Positions 1 through 5,708 of a DNA stretch of 42,655 bases are shown piece by piece; positions within the stretch are counted from its first letter, which is position 1, and every line of letters begins with the position of its first letter. The stretch is taken from NCBI GenBank assembly GCA_016186375.1, contig JACPLS010000057.1:1-42655 (forward strand). The letters run 5' to 3'. Origin of the DNA: Candidatus Pacearchaeota archaeon. GTDB lineage: Archaea > Nanobdellota > Nanobdellia > Pacearchaeales > GW2011-AR1. Position numbers and translations under genes: made by a program. The notes beneath the pieces are model-generated. The model did not search any database and was not told the DNA's origin. It saw only the letters and a list, made by a program, of their open reading frames with translations.

Positions 1-66
1 CCGCGCGGGAAGCTGGGGCTTTCAAGCCCCAGAGGACGTCACAATAACAATTTTTCTTATAATAAT

Positions 67-447
67 ATGGATAAGAAAACACTTTATAAAAAATGGTATT
101 TTAGATTGCTTCAAGTAATATTTTTAGTATTTTTTATATTCTTTATAATTGTAGGTATTCAGGGTATTTTTTACGAAGAGGGTGAGCCGTTTGTTGGAAT
201 CATCTTCGCAGGCATTTTAGCTATCGTGTACTGGCTAATCATGAGAAATAAAGGTTCAATTGGTGGTTTCGTTTTTGGTGTGATAGTTAGTCTTCTTTTA
301 TTATTTATAATATCTAAACTTAATCCTGGAGACGAAATAGCTGGAATAGTGATATTCACCCTATTATTGAGTGGATTATTTTTTGCATTTATAGGTTACT
401 TGATTCAAAATTATTTTGGGAAGAAGAATAAAAAATCAACTCATTAG
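67..447 (+). CDS. small integral membrane protein, function unknown
   Basis: 126-aa ORF with several long hydrophobic stretches (LLQVIFLVFFIFFIIVGI, GIIFAGILAIVYWLI, FVFGVIVSLLLLFII, IVIFTLLLSGLFFAFIGYLI). No recognisable family. Confidence 0.5.
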   Translation: MDKKTLYKKWYFRLLQVIFLVFFIFFIIVGIQGIFYEEGEPFVGIIFAGILAIVYWLIMRNKGSIGGFVFGVIVSLLLLFIISKLNPGDEIAGIVIFTLLLSGLFFAFIGYLIQNYFGKKNKKSTH

Positions 448-712
448 ATAATAGAAAATTTAGTGTCTATTTGTCTACACAAAGTGATATATTTTTTACC
501 TAGATTTTAATTACTTTTATCATACAGTAACTATAAAGGCAAATTCCTTGTTATCGTCGTGAAAGAGGTATTGACCTAAAAATATAAAGAATTTTTTATC
601 GTCGGTATTGGGAAAACAGCTTTATAGTTACATCATACAATTTGAAATAAATTAATAACTATAAAATGACACATATAAAAAGATTTAAATAGTTCAATTT
701 TTGTAAAATAAT

Positions 713-1099
713 ATGACTAACAATACAAGAATATCAACTTATGAATTGCAATGTCTGAATGGAGAATATGAAAAATTGTTAGAATGTTTAAAACATCACA
801 CTTTTTTTCAGGGAACATTAGAAAATGGAAGACCTTATTTTATAACTCCAAGTATTGATGCAAGAATTACTTTTGATGACCAAAGAGTAAGCAAATCTGA
901 AGATGGGAAAGATGTAGAGGGAAAAGTTTTAATGTATGTTGAAAGAACTTCAAGAAGAGAACCGGACTTTGTTAAATTTATTGTTAAAAGATTAGCTGGA
1001 AGAGATACCGGTAGTGGTGGATGGGGGAATCTGGCAGATATGATAGAATTATATTTGGGTAAAGATTATGGTGAGTTTAAAAGAAAGTATAATGTTTAG
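713..1099 (+). CDS. hypothetical soluble protein
   Basis: 128-aa ORF with non-repetitive composition and AT-rich TATA-like sequence upstream. No motif recognised. Confidence 0.4.
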   Translation: MTNNTRISTYELQCLNGEYEKLLECLKHHTFFQGTLENGRPYFITPSIDARITFDDQRVSKSEDGKDVEGKVLMYVERTSRREPDFVKFIVKRLAGRDTGSGGWGNLADMIELYLGKDYGEFKRKYNV

Positions 1100-1281
1100 C
1101 TGAGGTATTTTTATTTGCTAAAAAAGGTAAAAAATACAATACATTCATTTACACAAAGCAATTATATATTTTTTTACCAAACATTAAATGATTTTTTGAA
1201 TGACTGAAAAGTTAACTATATTTTATACAACTTCTATATTAATTATCCTTTTTACCTAATTTATCCGTCGATAAAACCTTT

Positions 1282-1680
1282 TCAAGTAAATTTAATTCTT
1301 TGAATTGCGATTTCCGCGCTTTCTGCAATTTCTGGCCTAGAATCCTTTAGATATTTTTGAATAAAAGGAATAAATTCTTTCTTTCCCAATGTGCCGAGAG
1401 CAAGCAATGCCTCATGAATAACAAAAATATTATTATCTGACTCAATAGCTTTTATCAAATAAGACCCAGCCAAAGCGGGATGTGCCGTCTCAACTAAAGA
1501 AAATGCACACTCATGTCTCACAATTGGAGATGGATCTGAAAGCATTGCTTTTGCTAATGCTTTAATTGATAAATCATCAATTTCTTTCTCTAAATGAAAT
1601 GCTGCTTGTATACGCTCTTCAGCACTTCATTTAATATCCAAAATAATCAATTTCCAGTCTTTATCTTCTAATTTCACCAT
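1282..1680 (-). pseudogene. HEAT-repeat protein resembling one half of deoxyhypusine hydroxylase, interrupted by an in-frame TGA at 1627-1629 (uninterrupted ORF 1282-1545)
   Basis: The frame from ATG 1680 to stop 1282 is 133 codons, and codon 18 is TGA. There are two His-Glu motifs in consecutive HEAT repeats (IVRHECAFSL and VIHEALLALG) with the His residues 33 positions apart. The SAEERIQAAFHL repeat lies between the TGA and the first downstream ATG. Confidence 0.55.
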
Positions 1681-1702
1681 ACACTTCAGCATAAAAAATA
1701 AA

Positions 1703-1816
1703 GAAGACAGCATCAGTGTTTCGCCTCTGTTGGGAGACTAACGCAACTGACATAATCTGCTTAGCTTCCGAGTTCGGAAAGGGATCGGGCGTTTCCAGAT
1801 TACTATGGCCGTCTTC
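1703..1816 (-). rRNA. 5S ribosomal RNA
   Basis: The minus strand reads GAAGACGGCCATAG...GGAAACGCCCGATCCCTTTCCGAACTCGGAAGCTAAGC...GCTGTCTTC. The terminal helix pairs GAAGACGGC with GCTGTCTTC, and the CCGAAC/GAAGCTAAG loop motifs are conserved. It is a GC-rich island in AT-rich DNA. The ends are approximate. Confidence 0.85.
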
Positions 1817-1866
1817 AATTCTATTGAAAAAGCAGAGTTTAAAAAGTTTTCTTATCTCTCTTTTTC

Positions 1867-2862
1867 ATGAATTCCAGTGCAGAATTAATAAACATCATAA
1901 AAATGTTTGCAAAAAAGAGAATTGCAGTTATCGGAGACCTGATGCTCGATAGCTATGTCTATGGAGCAATAAATAGGTTAAATCCGGAATCGGCTGCTCC
2001 TCTTATAACTCTTACAAATGAAAATCAAGACTTCCGGCTTGGAGGAGCAGGAAACACGGCAATGAATGCGTTGGCTTTAGGGGCAAAAGTTGACTTGTAT
2101 GGAGTTATTGGTAAAGACTTCAGGGGCAGAAAAATTGAAAAGATATGTAAAAAAACAGGAATTAACTTAACAAAATTATATGAAGGACAGACAATAGAAA
2201 AAAAGAGATTGATTGAAATAGCACACGGGCATTACCTTATGAGAGTTGACTCAGGAGAAACAAATCTAAGAGTAATAAGTCAAGAATCAGAGGAATTTTT
2301 TATTAAAAATCTAACGCAAAAATTAAATTTTTACGACGGTATAATTCTATCTGATTATAATAAACGTCTTTTCAAAGGCAAATTTGGTCAGAAGATAATT
2401 GATCTCTCAAACTTGCACAGAAAAATAACAGTAGTTGACCCAAAACCTATAAATGCAGAGAGATTCTTAAAAGCCAGTTTAGTTAGGCCGAACCTCTCTG
2501 AAGCTAAGGAAATTGTTGGAAAGAAAGACATTCCTTTGGTTTCTCTTGCAAAAGAATTAAAGAAAAAGATGCAAAGTAACTCAATTGTCATAACTCTTGG
2601 AAGTAAAGGTCTCGTATCATACGATAATAAATTTTTTCATTTTCCTGCAAATGTTAGGGAAGTTTCAGATGTTTCAGGAGCAGGTGATACTTTAGGTGTC
2701 ACTCTACTTTTAAGTCTTATTTCAGGAGCAAATCTTGTTCAATCTGCAAAGATAGCCAATTTTGCAGCTGGTATTGTTGTAGAAAAGCAAGGAACGTCCA
2801 CTTTAACAACAGAAGAACTTATTAATAGAATAAAATTTGAAAATATAACATGGAAACAATAA
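1867..2862 (+). CDS. hldA: pfkB-family sugar kinase, RfaE domain-I-like (D-glycero-beta-D-manno-heptose-7-phosphate kinase)
   Basis: The N-terminus IAVIGDLMLDSYVYGAINRLNPESAAPL matches the RfaE/HldE kinase signature. GGAGNTAMN and the C-terminal GAGDT anion-hole motif are present. It overlaps gmhA downstream. Confidence 0.7.
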   Translation: MNSSAELINIIKMFAKKRIAVIGDLMLDSYVYGAINRLNPESAAPLITLTNENQDFRLGGAGNTAMNALALGAKVDLYGVIGKDFRGRKIEKICKKTGINLTKLYEGQTIEKKRLIEIAHGHYLMRVDSGETNLRVISQESEEFFIKNLTQKLNFYDGIILSDYNKRLFKGKFGQKIIDLSNLHRKITVVDPKPINAERFLKASLVRPNLSEAKEIVGKKDIPLVSLAKELKKKMQSNSIVITLGSKGLVSYDNKFFHFPANVREVSDVSGAGDTLGVTLLLSLISGANLVQSAKIANFAAGIVVEKQGTSTLTTEELINRIKFENITWKQ

Positions 2863-3434
2863 TCACAAAAGACACAATAACAAGACATGTAGAAGACCTA
2901 AAAATTTTAGTTAATAAAACATCTGAGTTACATAAAGATACTATTATAAAAATCGCCGAATTAATTATTAATTCTTATAGGAATGATGGAAAAATAATTA
3001 TTTTTGGTAATGGTGGTTCTTATGCAGATTCATTACATTTTGCAGCCGAGTTAGAAGGCTGTTATAGAAATAAAAATCGTTCATCGTTAAAAGCTATGGT
3101 TCCATCTAATCCTTCAACTATAACAGCCATTAGCAATGACTTTTCTTATAAAGAAATTTTTCTTCGCTTTATTAAGGCTAATGCTGACAAGAGAGATATT
3201 GTTATTGCCCTAAGCACAAGTGGCAATTCTGAAAATGTTATCCTTGCTTTAGAAGAAGCTAAAAATCTTGGAGCAATTACAGTTGGGTTTACAGGAGAAA
3301 CAGGAGGAAAGATGAAGCTTTTCTGTGATATCTTATTTAATGTTCCGTCTCAAGACACTCCTCGTATACAGGAAATTCACCATTTCGCCTATCACGAAAT
3401 CTGTGAAATCGTCGAGAAAGAAATGTTTGGGTAA
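2850..3434 (+). CDS. gmhA: phosphoheptose isomerase (SIS domain)
   Basis: GNGGSYADSLHFAAEL, TAISNDFSYKEIF and ALSTSGNSENV are typical GmhA motifs. It overlaps the kinase gene by 13 nt. Confidence 0.8.
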   Translation: METIITKDTITRHVEDLKILVNKTSELHKDTIIKIAELIINSYRNDGKIIIFGNGGSYADSLHFAAELEGCYRNKNRSSLKAMVPSNPSTITAISNDFSYKEIFLRFIKANADKRDIVIALSTSGNSENVILALEEAKNLGAITVGFTGETGGKMKLFCDILFNVPSQDTPRIQEIHHFAYHEICEIVEKEMFG

Positions 3435-3597
3435 ATTGAACATAAATTCCCCAAATTCAAAAAAAGCCAAAGCTTTAAATCCCTATTTCTTATATAAAAT
3501 ACAAGCGGGGATGCCGGAGCGGTCAAACGGGCTACTAATATTAGTGACTATAAAGTTACAAGATAGTTTTATATTTTAATTTCAAAATTATATAAAA

Positions 3598-3975
3598 ATG
3601 TTTGTTAAAAGAAATGCTAATACTGCAGAATTAGTTGGATTAAGTTTCGGTGATGGCGGGTTAACACATCGAAGAAATAGTAAAAGGATGAAATTTCAAC
3701 TTAGAGGTGATTTAAGAGAAGAAAAAGAAAACTACGATAAAACTATTATCCCTCTATTTAATAAAGAAATAATGTTACCTATTTTTAAAAGAAAAGTAGG
3801 AATTGTATTTAGTATGAAGAAGAATTTCTATGGTTTATCTGTTGAAAGTACAAAGATTGAAAAATATCTCAATTATTTAGGTATTCCTAGTGGCGTTAAA
3901 ACAGAATTATATATACCACGATGGATAGAAAGAAATAGTCTTTTTAAAAAAATAATAAATATCACACACAAATAA
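3598..3975 (+). CDS. LAGLIDADG homing endonuclease, N-terminal half (first motif present)
   Basis: ELVGLSFGDGGL matches the LAGLIDADG motif as in I-DmoI-type archaeal enzymes (LLGLIIGDGGL, recalled). The ORF ends at TAA, 2 nt before the next ORF. Confidence 0.65.
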   Translation: MFVKRNANTAELVGLSFGDGGLTHRRNSKRMKFQLRGDLREEKENYDKTIIPLFNKEIMLPIFKRKVGIVFSMKKNFYGLSVESTKIEKYLNYLGIPSGVKTELYIPRWIERNSLFKKIINITHK

Positions 3976-3977
3976 AA

Positions 3978-4346
3978 ATGGGAATGACTTCTACATCAAA
4001 AATCTTGATTTCTGAAATATGTAGAATTTTAAAGTCTCTGAATTTTAAATTTAGAGTTAATAAAAGAAGATCTTATATTGGTAAAGACGGGATAAAACAT
4101 CAGAATTCTCATAATATTAGATTTGATGGAAGCATACAAGTTAATAAATGGTTTAAAGAAATAGGTTCAAATAGTCAAAAACATATTACCAAATATCTCG
4201 TTTGGAAGAAATTTGGTTTTTGTCCTCCAAGAACAAGATTAACAGACAGAAAGAAAATGCTTAAAAACGACCTTTCTCCTTATACTTACTATCTGCAGGA
4301 GTGCCAGAGTGGTCAAATGGAGCACGTTAAGGCCGTGCTGGCTTAG
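3978..4346 (+). pseudogene. LAGLIDADG homing endonuclease, C-terminal half lacking the second LAGLIDADG motif; reads into the nested tRNA
   Basis: SKILISEICRILKSLNFKFRV resembles the helix after motif 2 of double-motif enzymes. No second motif exists in any frame at 3925-3995. The last 17 codons are encoded by tRNA sequence from 4295 onward. Confidence 0.5.
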
Positions 4347-4378
4347 TGCCTTCCTAGGTTCGAATCCTAGCTTCTGCA
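4295..4378 (+). tRNA. complete class II tRNA, Leu-type; the anticodon reads AAG in my manual fold
   Basis: GCAGGAG TG CCA GAGTGGTCAAA TGG A GCACG TTAAGGC CGTGC T GGC TTAGT GCC TTC CTAGG TTCGAAT CCTAG CTTCTGC A. All four stems pair, with one G-U in the acceptor stem. The discriminator is A. Confidence 0.8.
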
Positions 4379-4435
4379 TGATCCCTCGTAGCTTAGTGCT
4401 TGCGGAGGTTCGAATCCTCTTCCCCGCATTATTCA

Positions 4436-4540
4436 TTTATAGACAATTCTGTTGATTGTTCCACGTTTAAACAGAATTGTCTAGACAGAGAATTCTGAAC
4501 AAAATGTAATCTAATTATCAGAATTCTCTGTATCATAAAG
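4436..4540 (+). repeat. hairpin element A, copy 1 (two tandem hairpins)
   Basis: Hairpin 1 pairs 4441-4453 with 4470-4482 (13 bp). Hairpin 2 pairs 4485-4498 with 4518-4531 (14 bp) and has a 19-nt loop, ACAAAATGTAATCTAATTA. It is homologous to 18815-18915. Confidence 0.6.
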
Positions 4541-4703
4541 TACTTCACTAACTTATTTGTAAATATATAGTATAAACGACAAGCCTTTTTTGCTTATTTT
4601 TTATCGTCGGAGAAAAAAAGGTTAGATATATCTAGGTTTTAGATAATTTTGATTATAGTAAAAATCACTTAACTTTTATTATCGAGAGGAATATTTTGTT
4701 ATT

Positions 4704-4822
4704 GTCAAGTACTCCGGAATAAATTCCGGAGCGTGAACGGAGTTCTTGAACACCTCGAAAATTGTGTTTGCTATCTCTCGAGTTAAAACTTGGAGTTTGC
4801 ACAAACACAATTTTCTTAGTAT
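4704..4822 (+). repeat. structured element B, copy 1 (candidate small ncRNA)
   Basis: It starts at GTCAAG and contains the hairpin CTCCGGA-ATAAAT-TCCGGAG. A 14-bp stem pairs 4757-4770 with 4802-4815 and encloses a small AAACT/AGTTT hairpin. It ends in TTTTCTTAGTAT. It is homologous to 40688-40857. Confidence 0.5.
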
Positions 4823-4891
4823 AAAGTTTATCATCTTATCTTCCACGACGATGCTTTATACTTACACTTTTTTTACCACATTATAAACTCT

Positions 4892-5632
4892 TCAGAATCC
4901 TCTAAAAATCTTCTTTTTTCTATAAAATTTAACAATTAAAACTGCTATGATTAATACAACTACTACAATTATTAAAATTAAAATAGTCTTTGAAACTCCA
5001 GTGCTTCCTGTACCACTTTCACCAGTTTCCCGTTCCCCTTCTTCACCACCAGCCCCTCTAGTATCAGATGCTCCTCCATTTCCTTTTCCAGCTTCTTTAC
5101 CGGGAGCTAAAGGAACATAAAGGGGAGTGATAATAAAGAGAGCAGTTTTCTTTAGAATATTAATTGATTTTAACCTAAGAGATAATTCATTTTTGCCATC
5201 ATCATCAAGGTCAATAAATTTCTCTTCACCTACTATCATTATTAATTTCTTTTCTGTGCTTCTTACAAGAACAGTCGCAGTAGTATCAGTAAGATTTAAA
5301 ACAGAAACACTATGATTTACATTCCCAAACGTAAACGATATATGCTCATCTCTTCCAATTTCTTGTTCTACAGGTGATGAGATTTCACCTATTGTTTTTA
5401 TTAGTTTTCCTACTCCTCCGCCTCCTCCAACGCCTCCAGCTCCACTTGAAGTGCTGCTGCTCGTTGTACCAGAACTACATCCACTAGAGCACGTGATTGT
5501 ACTCGAAGCAGAATCAGTCTTAGTTGCCACTCCTGCTGTCCCTGTAGCAGAAGCAGACACTGTAAATATGCAATCTCCTGTAGTTCCCATTGTTACTGTC
5601 CAACTTCTTGATTGTCTATCATTATGAGTCAT
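4892..5632 (-). CDS. surface protein with Gly/Ser/Thr linkers, a conserved beta-rich module and a C-terminal TM anchor; probably the frameshifted continuation of 5709-6098
   Basis: The C-terminus KTILILIIVVVVLIIAVLIVKFYRKKK is a membrane anchor. This frame stays open upstream to about 5763 without an ATG. The module at about 5108-5407 is homologous to the C-terminus of 11007-11834. Confidence 0.6.
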   Translation of the reverse strand: MTHNDRQSRSWTVTMGTTGDCIFTVSASATGTAGVATKTDSASSTITCSSGCSSGTTSSSTSSGAGGVGGGGGVGKLIKTIGEISSPVEQEIGRDEHISFTFGNVNHSVSVLNLTDTTATVLVRSTEKKLIMIVGEEKFIDLDDDGKNELSLRLKSINILKKTALFIITPLYVPLAPGKEAGKGNGGASDTRGAGGEEGERETGESGTGSTGVSKTILILIIVVVVLIIAVLIVKFYRKKKIFRGF

Positions 5633-5708
5633 CCCTGTTATGGTCTTTGTAGAGGCTTGATTTCCAATGGAACATCCTCCAGAACTAACAGCAAATGTTA
5701 AGGTAGCA

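Larger units (their letters stand above)
3505..4428 (+). tRNA. class II (Leu-like) tRNA gene split into a 5-prime part (3505 to about 3536) and a 3-prime part (about 4389 to 4428) by about 850 bp; functional status unknown
   Basis: The 5-prime part is GCGGGGA TG CCG GAGCGGTCAAA CGG G (acceptor strand plus D arm). The 3-prime part is T AGC TTAGT GCT TGC GGAGG TTCGAAT CCTCT TCCCCGC A (long variable arm, T arm, acceptor strand, discriminator A). The acceptor strands pair 7/7. I could not locate an anticodon arm. Confidence 0.55.

Noticed and set aside
1-45. GC-rich stretch at the window edge with a 7-bp hairpin (CTGGGGC-TTTCAA-GCCCCAG, 13-32). I considered it as a tRNA anticodon arm or the 3-prime end of a structured RNA.
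   Set aside because: The loop is 6 nt on either strand, so it does not fit a tRNA anticodon arm. No T arm or acceptor sequence follows. It is probably the end of an RNA gene or a terminator cut by the window, but I cannot assign it.
1716-1952. 78-aa ORF on the plus strand.
   Set aside because: It lies antisense across the 5S rRNA gene and overlaps the kinase gene start, so it is an artefact of the GC-rich rRNA sequence.
3325-3579. 84-aa ORF overlapping the gmhA end and the tRNA 5-prime half.
   Set aside because: It is out of frame with a well-supported gene, and part of it translates tRNA sequence.
3531-4392. Canonical bulge-helix-bulge intron, or a group I intron, as the explanation for the split tRNA.
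   Set aside because: I tried both BHB registers around the only junction helix (GCTAC 3531-3535 with GTAGC 4388-4392), and the central 4-bp helix does not form. The insert is almost entirely ORF plus a tRNA, which leaves no room for a group I core. This was a by-eye attempt only, so the question stays open in the findings.
4239-4436. 65-aa minus-strand ORF.
   Set aside because: It is entirely antisense to the nested tRNA and the 3-prime tRNA half.
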